The position numbers and the translations under genes are program-made. Below are positions 1-9,924 of a DNA stretch of 64,000 bases, piece after piece; position 1 is the stretch's first letter, and every line of letters begins with the position of its first letter. The notes under the pieces are model-generated. The model searched no databases and was not told where the DNA came from. It saw nothing but the letters and a program-made list of their open reading frames with translations. This DNA is from Burkholderiales bacterium (GTDB lineage: Bacteria; Pseudomonadota; Gammaproteobacteria; Burkholderiales; Burkholderiaceae_C), in the NCBI GenBank assembly GCA_026400275.1, contig JAPLPK010000022.1, forward strand, positions 475 through 64,474, written 5' to 3'.

Positions 1-2095
1 CCAGGCCCAGGCCGGTACCGCCGTATTTGCGGGTCACCGAACCATCAGCCTGGGTGAAGGCCTGGAACAGCCGGGCCGCCTGCGCCTCGTCCATGCCGAT
101 GCCGGTATCGGTCACGGCAATGTGCAGTTGCACGTCGCCGGGCCGTGTATCCACTACGCGCACGGCCACGCTGACATAGCCGACGTCGGTGAACTTCACC
201 GCATTGCCCAGCAGATTGGTCAGCACCTGGCCCAGGCGCAGCGGGTCGCCAAGCAGGGTCGATGGCACTTCGGAGGCCACGTCGAACACCAGTGCCAGCT
301 CTTTGGCTGCGGCGCGGTCGGCCACCATGGCGGAGGCGTGGTTCAGCACCTCGTCTAGCCGGAACGGCGTGTGCTCCACCTCCAGCTTGCCGGCCTCGAT
401 CTTGGAGAAGTCCAGGATGTCGTTGATGATGCCCAGCAGGTTCTGCCCAGCGCGGTGGATCTTGGTTATGTAGTCGCGCTGGCGCGGGTCCAGGTGGGTC
501 TTCAGCGCCAGGTGCGAGAGTCCGATGACGGCGTTCATCGGCGTGCGTATCTCGTGGCTCATGTTTGCCAGGAACATGGACTTGGCCTGGGTGGCTTCTT
601 CGGCCACCTCCTTGGCCAGCCGCAGCAGTTCCTGCGCCTGGGTCAGCTCGGTAATGTCCACCAGCACGCCCACCAGGCCGGCCATTCTGCCATCGGCGTT
701 GCGGAAGGTGGTGTTGGAGTACAGCGTGGTGTGCGGCTTGCCGTCGGTATAGGTGAACACGCCGATGCGGCTGAAGCGCCCGCCGGTGGCCAGCAGCTGG
801 GTCTGCTCGGCCATCAGCGCTTCGCGCACCGCCAGCGGCACGGTGTCTATGGCCATCACGGTAGTACCCCGCAGCGATTCGGCTGTGTAGCCAAAGGCTT
901 CGTGATAGGCCTTGTTGCTGCCCCGATACCGGGCCTGGGCATCGCGGTACAAAATGGGGATGGGGATGCAATCGATCATGGCTTGCAGGAAGTCGCCGTG
1001 CTCCTGCGTCATGCGCAGCGCGGCATGGCGCTGGCGCAGCACCTGGCCCAGCACGCGGTCCAGCAGCAGCAGTACGACCAGGCCCATGGCCGCCACCAGC
1101 GCGCCTTGCCCATAGTGCCACCGTACCATGGCGTCCAGCGTGTCCAGCCGGCTCAGCGCCAGCAGCTCGTAGCCGGGCTCGGACAGGGGGCTGCGCGTCA
1201 GCAGATAGGGGTTGCCATCCACCAGCCAATGGTCAGGATGTCTCGGCTGCGCCGGCCGCTCTATGGGTATGGTGGCAACCGTGCCGGTAGGCGGCTGGCC
1301 ACGGCTCAGCGGGCCCACATGGCGCAGCATGTATTCCGTGCGTGAGGCGCTGACCACGGTGCCGGTGCTGTCCAGCACCAGCGCGATCTGGTTGCTGGAC
1401 AGCAGCGGAGCCAATGTGCCGGCGTTGTGGTTGATGACGACCACGCCAGTGGGCACCTCGTCATGGTCTATGCGCAGCGAGAAGAAGAAGCCCGGCTGGC
1501 TATTGGTGTGGATGGCCGTGAACAGCTGGCCCTGGCCGTTGGCCATGGCGTCGTTGAAGTCGCTGCGGCTTTTGTAGGACTTGCCGACCATGCCCTCGGC
1601 CAGCTGCCAGTCGCTGGAGGCCACCACCAGGCCGGCCACGTTGACGATGAAGATGCGCTCATAGCCCAGGCGCTTGGCCAGGCCGGCCAGGCTGTCACCA
1701 AGTTCGCGCACATCCAGGCTGTGCAGCAGGCGCCGGCGCCGTTCCGTGTCCGGGAAGTACAGCAGGGTGGCCGCCTGTGGGTTGTACTGGGCCAGCACGG
1801 TATGCACTTCGGGCTGCTGCCCCAGCAGGCGCGCTACGCTGGCGACTTCGACAAAAGTGCGGTCGATGATGCGGCCGGAGGAGTTGGCCTCGCGTGCCGC
1901 GGTGGCTGCCTCGGCGCTGATGCGTGCTGCGACGATGCTGTCTGACACCATGAACGTCACGCCAGCTACCAGCATCAGCCATAGGCAGGCGGCCAAGCCT
2001 ATTCCTTGGCTGAGCTGGCGCTGCTGCCGCTGCAAGGCCTGCGGGCTGCTCGCTACGGGCGGGCCTGCGGGGCCCCGGTGCGTGGATGTGGGCAT
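1..2095 (-). CDS. Hybrid sensor histidine kinase (periplasmic sensor, PAS, HisKA, HATPase); runs off the left edge
   Basis: Manual translation from ATG 2095: two TM segments, PAS-like region, H-box [15 protein letters not shown]-box [11 protein letters not shown]-boxes DTGIGM and GGTGLGL. Absent from the ORF track because its stop lies outside the window. Confidence 0.93.
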   Translation of the reverse strand, partial: MPTSTHRGPAGPPVASSPQALQRQQRQLSQGIGLAACLWLMLVAGVTFMVSDSIVAARISAEAATAAREANSSGRIIDRTFVEVASVARLLGQQPEVHTVLAQYNPQAATLLYFPDTERRRRLLHSLDVRELGDSLAGLAKRLGYERIFIVNVAGLVVASSDWQLAEGMVGKSYKSRSDFNDAMANGQGQLFTAIHTNSQPGFFFSLRIDHDEVPTGVVVINHNAGTLAPLLSSNQIALVLDSTGTVVSASRTEYMLRHVGPLSRGQPPTGTVATIPIERPAQPRHPDHWLVDGNPYLLTRSPLSEPGYELLALSRLDTLDAMVRWHYGQGALVAAMGLVVLLLLDRVLGQVLRQRHAALRMTQEHGDFLQAMIDCIPIPILYRDAQARYRGSNKAYHEAFGYTAESLRGTTVMAIDTVPLAVREALMAEQTQLLATGGRFSRIGVFTYTDGKPHTTLYSNTTFRNADGRMAGLVGVLVDITELTQAQELLRLAKEVAEEATQAKSMFLANMSHEIRTPMNAVIGLSHLALKTHLDPRQRDYITKIHRAGQNLLGIINDILDFSKIEAGKLEVEHTPFRLDEVLNHASAMVADRAAAKELALVFDVASEVPSTLLGDPLRLGQVLTNLLGNAVKFTDVGYVSVAVRVVDTRPGDVQLHIAVTDTGIGMDEAQAARLFQAFTQADGSVTRKYGGTGLGL

Positions 2096-2172
2096 GCCAT
2101 TTCCTGCAATGGGTGGCACCACCATACTGCAGGCGTAAGCGTGTGTAAACAGGACTTGCCAGCAGCCCTGAA

Positions 2173-2227
2173 TGCTATGCTATTCGTAGCTGCCAGCGCA
2201 GGTATTGACTGCGCTGGCGGCCTGAAA
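2173..2227 (+). repeat. Dispersed double-hairpin repeat, copy 1
   Basis: TGCTATGCTATTCGTAGCTGCCAGCGCAGGTATTGACTGCGCTGGCGGCC; matches the consensus TTGCTAT-N7/8-ATAGCTGCTAGCGCA-N9-TGCGCTAG. Confidence 0.85.
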
Positions 2228-2243
2228 GATGTAGATTTTCAGG

Positions 2244-2537
2244 CTACTTGAGCTCGACTTCGACAAACACGAAATCGTGGTCGTTGGCGTTCACCACGTT
2301 GTGCTCCACGCCGGTCAGCCGGGTGTAGGACTGGCCGGCGGTCAAGGCGCTGTGCATCTCGCCATCCGGGGTCTCCAGCAGCAGGGTGCCGCTGGTCATG
2401 GGCACCACCACATAGTCCATGCCGTGGCGGTGCCAGCCGGTGTGGGCGCCGGGTGGAAAGCGCCATTCGGTCACCTTGACGCGGGCATTGTCGATCTGCA
2501 CCGTCGGTATGGCCGAAGGGCGCTGCGTGGCGGTCAT
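2244..2537 (-). CDS. bauB: Cupin protein, BauB-like
   Basis: DNARVKVTEWRFPPGAHTGWHRH...GVEHNVVN cupin motif; directly downstream of the omega-aminotransferase, as in Pseudomonas bauAB. Confidence 0.8.
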   Translation of the reverse strand: MTATQRPSAIPTVQIDNARVKVTEWRFPPGAHTGWHRHGMDYVVVPMTSGTLLLETPDGEMHSALTAGQSYTRLTGVEHNVVNANDHDFVFVEVELK

Positions 2538-2542
2538 GCCGC

Positions 2543-3895
2543 TCAGGCCTGCGCGTTCAGCGTCTCGCCCAGGGCGTTCACCAGGCTGTCGATTTCGGCC
2601 GCGCTGATGATGAAGGGTGGTGCCAGCTGGATGGTGTCGCCACCGTAGCGCACGTAAAAGCCCTTCTTCCACATCGCCATGGCAATTTCGTAGGGGCGGC
2701 GTGCCGGCTCGCCAGGCAGTGCGGCGATGGTGATGCCGCTGGCCAGGCCGTAGTTGCGGATGTCGGTGACGTGCTTGGCACCCTTCAAACTGTGCACCGC
2801 GTTCTCGAAATGCGGGGCCATGCTGCGCACGCGCTGGGGCATGTCTTCCTTGACCAGGATGTCCAGCGTGGCCAGCGCCACGGCGCAGGCCACAGGGTGG
2901 GCCGAGTAGGTGTAGCCGTGGGCAAATTCCAGCATGTAGTCGGGGCCGCCAGCAGCCATGAAGGTGTCGTAGATGTCCTTCTTCACCAGCACCGCGCCCA
3001 TGGGCTGCGAGCCGTTGGTGATCTGCTTGGCCACGTTCATGATGTCGGGCGTGACGCCAAAGGCCTCGGCACCGGTCATCGCACCCATGCGGCCAAAGCC
3101 GGTGATCACTTCGTCAAATATCAACAGGATGTTGTGGGCCGTGCAGATCTCGCGCAGGCGCTGCAAGTAGCCCACGGGCGGCACCACCACGCCAGCCGAA
3201 CCGGACATGGGCTCCACAATGACGGCAGCGATGTTGCTCGCGTCGTGCAGGGTAATCAGGTCTAACAGCTCGTCGGCCAGCTCGGCGCCGCTGGTCGGCA
3301 TGCCGCGCGAGAAGGCGTTGCTTTTGAGCTGGGTGTGGGGCAGGTGATCGGCTTGCAGTGCCTCGCCAAACATCTTGCGGTTGGCACCGATGCCGCCCAC
3401 CGAGATGCCGCCAAAGCCCACGCCGTGGTAGCCCTTTTCGCGGCCAATGAAGCGCGTCTTGCTGGCCTGACCCTTGGTGCGCCAGTAGGCGCGCGCCATC
3501 TTCAGCGAGGTGTCGGCAGATTCCGAACCCGAGCCGGTGAAGAACACGTGGTCCAGGCCGGCGGGCGTCAATTCTTTCAGTTTATTGGCCAGCTCGAACG
3601 ACAGCGGGTGGCCGAACTGGAAGGCGGGCGAGTAGTCCAGCGTTGCCATTTGGTGCGCGGCGGCAGCGGTCAGCTCGGCGCGGCCATGGCCCAGGCCGGA
3701 ACACCACAGGCCGGACAGGCCGTCCAGTATCTGGCGACCGTCGATATCGGTGTAGTAGCAGCCCTTGGCACTGGTGATGATGCGCGGGTCGGCCTTGAAG
3801 TTGCGGTTGCCGCTGTAGGGCATCCAGTGCGCGTCCAGCCAGGCGGCGTCGGTACGGGGGCGTTGGCTGAGTTTGTGGCTGTCGGTCATGTCCAT
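2543..3895 (-). CDS. bauA: Omega-amino acid (beta-alanine):pyruvate aminotransferase, class III
   Basis: WMPYSGNRNF, DGLSGLWC, LLIFDEVITGFGR, PLP lysine in AKQITNG, HGYTYSAHP; start at 3895 or 3889. Confidence 0.88.
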   Translation of the reverse strand: MDMTDSHKLSQRPRTDAAWLDAHWMPYSGNRNFKADPRIITSAKGCYYTDIDGRQILDGLSGLWCSGLGHGRAELTAAAAHQMATLDYSPAFQFGHPLSFELANKLKELTPAGLDHVFFTGSGSESADTSLKMARAYWRTKGQASKTRFIGREKGYHGVGFGGISVGGIGANRKMFGEALQADHLPHTQLKSNAFSRGMPTSGAELADELLDLITLHDASNIAAVIVEPMSGSAGVVVPPVGYLQRLREICTAHNILLIFDEVITGFGRMGAMTGAEAFGVTPDIMNVAKQITNGSQPMGAVLVKKDIYDTFMAAGGPDYMLEFAHGYTYSAHPVACAVALATLDILVKEDMPQRVRSMAPHFENAVHSLKGAKHVTDIRNYGLASGITIAALPGEPARRPYEIAMAMWKKGFYVRYGGDTIQLAPPFIISAAEIDSLVNALGETLNAQA

Positions 3896-3986
3896 GGCGC
3901 GGTCCAGGTAGAAAAAGAATGGCTGGATTCTTGCCGCGCCTGTTACTCTCATAAAGAGTTAAATATCAATCTTCAGTTAGCAGAAT

Positions 3987-4916
3987 ATGCAAGTGAAAAA
4001 TAAAGCTGTGCTGGGCCAGCTGACCGATATGGACATCCGCCTGCTGCGGGTGTTCAAGAGCGTGGTCGAGTGTGGCGGCATGGCGGCGGCAGAGCTGGAG
4101 CTGAACATCGGCACCTCTACCGTCAGCCGCCATGTGAAAGACCTGGAGACGCGATTGGGCCTGACGCTGTGCCGGCGTGGCCGCAGCGGCTTTGCGCTAA
4201 CGCCCGAGGGCCAGCAGATCTACACCGAAACCCTGCGCCTGCTGGCCGGCGCCGAGGCCTTCCGCGCCAGTGTGGACGCGCTGCACCACCGCATGGGCGG
4301 CGAGATCCACCTGGCCGTGTTCGACCAGACCGCCAGCAATCCGCAGGCGCGCATCAGTGCGGCCATCGCCCAGTTTGCCCAGCAGGCGCCGGACGTCAGC
4401 CTGTGCCTGCACGTAGCACCCATCCAGGCGATCGAGCGCGGCGTGATCGACGGGCAGTTCCAGGTCGGGGTGATCCCGGGCCACCGCACGTCGGACATCC
4501 TGGTGTACGACGATTTATTTGGCGAAACCATGCACCTGTACTGCGGCCAGCAGCACCCGCTGTTTGCGCAGGAGCCGCAGGGCCTGGACTGGGACGGCCT
4601 GCGCCGCTACCCGTTTGCCGGCCTGGGCTACCACTCGCCAAACATGGAGTTCAGCCAGCAGGTGCGCTTGCCGCGCAAGGCCACCGGCTTCGACCAGGAG
4701 TCAATTGCCACGCTGATCCTGTCCGGCCAGTACCTGGGTTTTTTGCCGGAGCACTATGCCGAGGCCTTTGTGCAAAGAGGGCGCATGCGTGCCTTGCAGC
4801 CCGCGCTGTTCCGCTACGACTGCCAGTTTCTGGGCATAACCCGCCGTACCCCCGAACCGGCACGGGCCACCAAGGTGCTGCAGGCCTGCTTGCAGGCGGC
4901 GCATGGGAGCGCTTAG
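3987..4916 (+). CDS. bauR: LysR regulator, BauR-like
   Basis: DIRLLRVFKSVVECGGMAAAELELNIGTSTVSRH HTH; divergent from bauA. Confidence 0.82.
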   Translation: MQVKNKAVLGQLTDMDIRLLRVFKSVVECGGMAAAELELNIGTSTVSRHVKDLETRLGLTLCRRGRSGFALTPEGQQIYTETLRLLAGAEAFRASVDALHHRMGGEIHLAVFDQTASNPQARISAAIAQFAQQAPDVSLCLHVAPIQAIERGVIDGQFQVGVIPGHRTSDILVYDDLFGETMHLYCGQQHPLFAQEPQGLDWDGLRRYPFAGLGYHSPNMEFSQQVRLPRKATGFDQESIATLILSGQYLGFLPEHYAEAFVQRGRMRALQPALFRYDCQFLGITRRTPEPARATKVLQACLQAAHGSA

Positions 4917-4946
4917 CCGGCACTGCGCAACGCCCCCTATCCGGTT

Positions 4947-5774
4947 CTAGCGTGCTGAGGCTTCGACGATACGGATTTCGTCGAGCAGCGCGGTTTCCAT
5001 CGCCTCGATCGGTGCGCGCGCGCAGCCGGTGTACAGCTCGATCTGGCCGCAGGCCTGGTGCAGCATCATGCGGGTGCCGCCGATGGTGCGGCAGCCCAGC
5101 GCCTCGGCATCGCGCAGCAGTTTGGTGCGCAGCGGCAGAAAGGCCGCATCCATCACCAGCAGGTGCGGCGCCAGCAGGCCTTCCAATGGGTTCATGTCGG
5201 GGGCACGGAAGCCCGCCGCAGTGGCGTTGACCACGGTGTCGAAGCCGGCCGCGTCAAAGTCACCCAGGCCGCCACCGAAGCGCAGGCCAAAGTCGTCGGC
5301 CAGCGCCTGGCCGCGCTCGGCGGTGCGGTTAAAGATGGTGACTTGCGCCCCTGCCCCGCGCAAACCGTACGCCACGGCCCGGCCCGCGCCACCGGCACCC
5401 AGCAGCGCGACCCGCTGGCCCGCCAGCGGCCCGGCCTCTTCCAGCGCGCGCACCGCGCCGACGCAATCGGTGTTGTAGCCGGTGAGGTGGCCGTCCAGGT
5501 TGTTGATGGTGTTGACCGCGCCGATGTCGCGAGCGGTCGCGTCCAGCGCGTCCAGGTGTGGCATCACCGCCTGCTTGAACGGCATGGATACGTTCATGCC
5601 GCGCACGCCCAGCGCGCGGATGGCCGCCACGCCGGCCACCGGGTCGTCGATGCCGAAGCAGACAAAGGTATAGGGCAGGCCGAGCGCCTGGTAGGCGGCG
5701 TTGTGCATGCGCACATTGAAACTCATGGGCTGGCCCATGATGGAGCCGCAAAGAGTGGGAATCGAGTGGAGCAT
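4947..5774 (-). CDS. Shikimate dehydrogenase-family protein (atypical paralog)
   Basis: NVSMPFK, GAVNT, NTD, GAGGAGRA and MMLHQA motifs; canonical SxSP and DxxY replaced. Confidence 0.8.
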   Translation of the reverse strand: MLHSIPTLCGSIMGQPMSFNVRMHNAAYQALGLPYTFVCFGIDDPVAGVAAIRALGVRGMNVSMPFKQAVMPHLDALDATARDIGAVNTINNLDGHLTGYNTDCVGAVRALEEAGPLAGQRVALLGAGGAGRAVAYGLRGAGAQVTIFNRTAERGQALADDFGLRFGGGLGDFDAAGFDTVVNATAAGFRAPDMNPLEGLLAPHLLVMDAAFLPLRTKLLRDAEALGCRTIGGTRMMLHQACGQIELYTGCARAPIEAMETALLDEIRIVEASAR

Positions 5775-5795
5775 GGCTAATCCTGGGTTGGAGTT

Positions 5796-6767
5796 TCAGT
5801 GAACCGCCAGCTGCATCGCGTTGGCCGGGCGTTCGCCCGCCAGGGCCTGCAGTAAGCTGTGGGTGGCCAGCTCGGCCATGGCGCGGCGGGTTTCGTGGGT
5901 GGCCGAGCCGATGTGCGGCAGCGCGGTGACGCGCGGGTGGTTGCGCAGCGGCGAGTCCTGCGGCAGCGGTTCGGTGGCGAACACATCGAGGCCTGCAGCG
6001 CGCAGGTGGCCGCTGTCCAGCGCGGCCAACAGCGCCGGTTCCTGCACGATCTGGCCGCGTGCGCCGTTGACAAAGATGGCGCCGGGCTTCATCGCGGCAA
6101 ACTCTTGCGGGCCCATCAGGCCGCGTGTGGCGTCCGTCAGAGGCAAGGTCATGGCGACGATGTCGGCACGCGCCAAGGCCTCGGCAAGCGTGACGCGGGT
6201 GGTGTGGCCTGCCAGTACCGGCAGATCGGTATCCGTTTCATTCACATACAGCACCGGCATGCCAAAGCCGAGCGCGGCGCGGCGTGCCAGCGCCTGGCCG
6301 ATGCGGCCAAAACCGATGATGGCCAGTGTCTTGCCGTGCACGTCGGAGCCGAAGAGGTCTACGTCGATGTTCTTCGTCCAGCGGCCTTCGCGCACATGGT
6401 TGGCGAGTTCGACCAGACGGCGGCTGCTCGCCATGATCAGCGAGAACACGGTGTCGGCCGTGGTCTCGGTCAATACGCCGGGCGTATGGCACAGCGTGAT
6501 ACCGCGCTGCGCCAGGTAGTCCAGGTCGTAGTTGTCCACGCCGACCGAAATGCTGGACACTACTTCCAGCTGCGGTGCGGCCCCTAGTTCGGCGGCACCG
6601 AGCTTGACGCTGGAGCCGATCAGGCCATGGGCACCGGGCAGCGCTGCATGAAAAGCCGCCACCTGCTCCGGCTTGCGAGGGTCGGCCACGGTCACGTGGT
6701 GGGCCTCCTGCAAGCGCGCCAGCAGGTCGTCGGGCAGGGATCGGAATACGAGTACGTTTTTACGCAT
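5796..6767 (-). CDS. kguD: 2-ketogluconate(-6-phosphate) reductase, D-2-hydroxyacid dehydrogenase family
   Basis: ISVGVDNYD, TPGVLTETTAD, IIGFGRIG, NGARG, GLDVF, PHIGSAT; position in the kgu cluster. Confidence 0.85.
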   Translation of the reverse strand: MRKNVLVFRSLPDDLLARLQEAHHVTVADPRKPEQVAAFHAALPGAHGLIGSSVKLGAAELGAAPQLEVVSSISVGVDNYDLDYLAQRGITLCHTPGVLTETTADTVFSLIMASSRRLVELANHVREGRWTKNIDVDLFGSDVHGKTLAIIGFGRIGQALARRAALGFGMPVLYVNETDTDLPVLAGHTTRVTLAEALARADIVAMTLPLTDATRGLMGPQEFAAMKPGAIFVNGARGQIVQEPALLAALDSGHLRAAGLDVFATEPLPQDSPLRNHPRVTALPHIGSATHETRRAMAELATHSLLQALAGERPANAMQLAVH

Positions 6768-6775
6768 GGAATCTC

Positions 6776-7783
6776 TCATAGGGCCTGTGCGGCCAGTTGT
6801 TGACGGGTGGGCAAGCCTTCGGTATCACCGAGGACCTGTACGGCACGGGCGCCGATCCAAGCTCCGCGTTGGACGGCTTCGGGCAAGGCCCTGCCTTCGA
6901 GCAAGGCGCTGATCACGCCCACGGCGAAGCCATCGCCGGCACCCACGGTGTCGACCACCTGGGCTACCGGGTAGGCGGCGATGCGGCCACAACCAGCGGG
7001 GCTGTCGAAATAAGCGCCATCAGGTCCGAGCTTGACCACCACCAGCTGGGCGCCCCGCGCACGGTAGAACGCGGCGATGTCTTCCGGCGCCGTGTGGCCG
7101 GTCAGCAGGCGGCCTTCTTCCAGCCCTGGCAGCACCCAGTCGCAGTGCTGCGCCAGATCGTTCAGCGTCTCGCACATCACTTCGGGCGAGCGCCACAGCG
7201 TGGGCCGCAGGTTCGGATCGAAGGAGATCGTGCGACCCGCCGCGCGCATGGTGGCGATGGCCTTGCGCGTGGCATCCAGCGTAGCCGCCGACAGCGCGGG
7301 GAACACGCCGGTCACGTGCAGATGGCGGGCGCGCAGCAGCCAGTCGGCATTGACCGCGTCGGCATCCATGGTGCTGGCGGCCGAGCCGCGACGGTGGTAC
7401 TCCACCGGCGGGTCGCTGCCATCGAGCACCCGGCCCTTGAACTGGAAGCCGGTGCGCTGGCCGGCATCGCAAACCACCTGGGCGCAGTCCACGCCCTCGG
7501 ACTCCAAGGCACTCAGCAGGTAGCGCGCCATCGAGTCGTTGCCCAGGCGGCTGGCCCAGCCTACCTGCAGGCCCAGCCGCGCCAGGCCGATGGCCACATT
7601 GGTCTCGGCACCTGCGGTGCGCTTGTGGAAGCTCTGCACCTGGTCGAGCGGACCGGGTTCGGCGGCCACCAGCATCAGCATGGCTTCGCCCAAGGTCACT
7701 ACGTCGAAATCATGGCTATCTGTACTACCTTCGCCCTGGCGGGCTGCGGTGCGAGCGTCTCCGTGCGGGCGTGCTGCGCTCAT
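6776..7783 (-). CDS. kguK: 2-ketogluconate kinase, PfkB family
   Basis: GEAMLML, AGAETNVAIGLARLG, FDPNLRP, DTVGAGDGFAVG; ATG 7783 overlaps the kguE stop (ATGA). Confidence 0.85.
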   Translation of the reverse strand: MSAARPHGDARTAARQGEGSTDSHDFDVVTLGEAMLMLVAAEPGPLDQVQSFHKRTAGAETNVAIGLARLGLQVGWASRLGNDSMARYLLSALESEGVDCAQVVCDAGQRTGFQFKGRVLDGSDPPVEYHRRGSAASTMDADAVNADWLLRARHLHVTGVFPALSAATLDATRKAIATMRAAGRTISFDPNLRPTLWRSPEVMCETLNDLAQHCDWVLPGLEEGRLLTGHTAPEDIAAFYRARGAQLVVVKLGPDGAYFDSPAGCGRIAAYPVAQVVDTVGAGDGFAVGVISALLEGRALPEAVQRGAWIGARAVQVLGDTEGLPTRQQLAAQAL

Positions 7784-8544
7784 GCGGTTTGCTCCGCCGA
7801 ACGCAGCAGAGCCAGGTGCCGGCGCGTGACCTGCACTAAGTCGTCGCCCTGCAGCGGGAACTCGATGGCGCGCGGCACATTGGTGGGCAGATGGCGCAGC
7901 ACGCCGCGCCAGGGCGCGGCAGAGTCTTCCAGCGGCACGGCCACCCATTTGCCCGGCAGGCGCTGCACACCCTTGCAATGGATATAGCCGACTTGCGCAC
8001 CCAGGATGCGGGCGGCGGCCAGCGGGTCCTCGCCGGTCCAGCACCAGTTGCCCATGTCGAAGGTCATGGGCACATGGCAGCCCAGCGCCGCCAGGCGGCC
8101 GAAAAAGTCCTGTAACAGCGGCAGCGTGCCGGCGGCAGCGGTCTGGTCGTTCTCCACCACCAGCTCCATGCCGTCGCGCTGCAACCAGGGCAGCAGACCG
8201 TCGAGCGCCCGGTCGGGGGTGTAGGCACCCAGCGACATCTTTACCCGGCTGGCGCCCAGCGCCTGGGCGGTGGTGAAGGCACGCTCCAGCGCTGCTCCAT
8301 CCAAGGCGCCATCGGTGGCCCAGATGCCCTCGGGGCTGGACCAGACAACCGCCAGGCCATGCGCCTGCGCGACGGCAGCCTGCTCGGCCAGCTCGTCGGC
8401 CACGCCGCGCTGCAGCTCGCCACGGTATTCGATGCCATCGGCACCCGCCGCTGCCGCGATGCGCGCCAGCTCCGCCTGGCCGACGCGCAGCGCCAGCTCG
8501 GCACCGTAGGAGCCCAGCGATACCAGAACTTGCACGGCGCTCAT
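7780..8544 (-). CDS. kguE: Sugar phosphate isomerase/epimerase (TIM barrel), KguE-like
   Basis: GADGIEYRGE, VVENDQT, MTFDMGNW, YIHCKGV; upstream of kguK and kguD. Confidence 0.8.
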   Translation of the reverse strand: MSAVQVLVSLGSYGAELALRVGQAELARIAAAAGADGIEYRGELQRGVADELAEQAAVAQAHGLAVVWSSPEGIWATDGALDGAALERAFTTAQALGASRVKMSLGAYTPDRALDGLLPWLQRDGMELVVENDQTAAAGTLPLLQDFFGRLAALGCHVPMTFDMGNWCWTGEDPLAAARILGAQVGYIHCKGVQRLPGKWVAVPLEDSAAPWRGVLRHLPTNVPRAIEFPLQGDDLVQVTRRHLALLRSAEQTA

Positions 8545-9287
8545 TTCAGGGCTCCTGCAGACAGAAACTGCTGCAGCTCCGGGGTCTGCGGTGCGGCGAA
8601 CAGCGCCTTGGATTCGCCGGCTTCGTGCACGCGGCCCTGGTGCATGAAGATGGTTTGGTGCGCCATGCGGCGCGCGAATTCCATCTCGTGCGTGACCAGC
8701 ACCATGGTCATGCCGGAGGCCGCCAGCTGCTCCATCACCCGCAGCACTTCGGCGGTGAGTTCGGGGTCGAGCGCCGAGGTCACCTCGTCGAACAGCATCA
8801 CCTCGGGCTCCATCGCCAGTGAGCGCGCAATCGCTACCCGCTGCTGCTGGCCGCCGGACAGCTGCTCGGGGTATGCATCCTTTTTCTCCCGCAGGCCGAC
8901 CTGGCCCAGCACGCGGTCGACGATGGCCTCGATCTGCGCGGCCGTCAGCTTGCGTACGATGCGCGGCGCCAGTGCCACGTTTTCGCCTACCGTCAGGTGT
9001 GGAAACAGGTTGTAGCTCTGGAAGACCATGCCGACATCGCGGCGCAGTTCCAGCAACTGCTTGCGGCTGTGGTCTAGCGTGTGGCCGGCCACGCGGACCC
9101 GGCCGGAGTTGATGGTTTCCAAGCCGTTCAAGCAGCGCAGCATGGTGCTTTTGCCCGAGCCGCTGCGGCCGATGATGGCCACCACCTGGCCCTTCTCGAC
9201 CTGGAACGAAACGCCCTTGAGCACTTCGATGTGTCCGTAGGACTTGTGCACCGCGTGGGCTTCGACGATGGGTTCAGCGAGAGACAT
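8541..9287 (-). CDS. Polar amino acid-type ABC transporter ATP-binding protein
   Basis: GRSGSGKST, LSGGQQQRVAIAR, LFDEVTSALD, VTHE. Confidence 0.93.
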   Translation of the reverse strand: MSLAEPIVEAHAVHKSYGHIEVLKGVSFQVEKGQVVAIIGRSGSGKSTMLRCLNGLETINSGRVRVAGHTLDHSRKQLLELRRDVGMVFQSYNLFPHLTVGENVALAPRIVRKLTAAQIEAIVDRVLGQVGLREKKDAYPEQLSGGQQQRVAIARSLAMEPEVMLFDEVTSALDPELTAEVLRVMEQLAASGMTMVLVTHEMEFARRMAHQTIFMHQGRVHEAGESKALFAAPQTPELQQFLSAGALK

Positions 9288-9924
9288 GGAGTTTCCTTTC
9301 CAGGCGCTTGGCTGCCGACGACAGCGGGAAGCACAGCGCAAAATAAATGACGGCAACGGTGACGAACACTATGAAGGGCTGAAACGTCGCGTTGTTGATG
9401 AGTTGCCCGGCCCGGGTTAGCTCGACCACACCAATGACCGAGGTGATCGAGGTGTTCTTGACGATCTGCACCGAAAACCCAACGGTGGGCGGCACCGCCA
9501 GCCGCAGCGCCTGCGGTAGCACCACATGGCGCAGCTGCTGCCAGCGGGTCATTGCCAGCGATTCGCTGGCCTCCCATTGGCCGTGCGCCACGGCTTCGAT
9601 GCAGCCGCGCCAGATCTCGCCCAGGTAGGCGCTGGCATAGACCGACATGGCCAGCATGGCCGCCACCATGGGTGACAGCTTGACGCCCAGCACCGACAGG
9701 CCGTAGTAGCTGAGGAACAGCACGATCAGCACCGGCGTGCCCTGCACCAGCTGGATGTAGACCATGCTGGCGTTACGCAGCCAAGCGCTGCGCGAAGTGC
9801 GGCACAAGGCCACCACGAAACCGGCCGCCGCCCCACCAACAAAGGCCAGTAGCGACACCAGCAGGGTCCAGCGTGCGGCCAGCAGCAGGATGTTCAGGTG
9901 GTTCCAGGAGAATTCGGTAATCAT
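9274..9924 (-). CDS. Polar amino acid-type ABC transporter permease
   Basis: HisMQ-like: QGTPVL, SAYLGEIWRG, EAA loop. Confidence 0.92.
   Translation of the reverse strand: MITEFSWNHLNILLLAARWTLLVSLLAFVGGAAAGFVVALCRTSRSAWLRNASMVYIQLVQGTPVLIVLFLSYYGLSVLGVKLSPMVAAMLAMSVYASAYLGEIWRGCIEAVAHGQWEASESLAMTRWQQLRHVVLPQALRLAVPPTVGFSVQIVKNTSITSVIGVVELTRAGQLINNATFQPFIVFVTVAVIYFALCFPLSSAAKRLERKLHVSR

Noticed and set aside
45-1345. Track ORFs 45..1229 (-) and 371..1345 (+)
   Set aside because: Off-frame and antisense shadows of the real kinase gene (2095 to below 1), which the track missed because it has no stop in the window.
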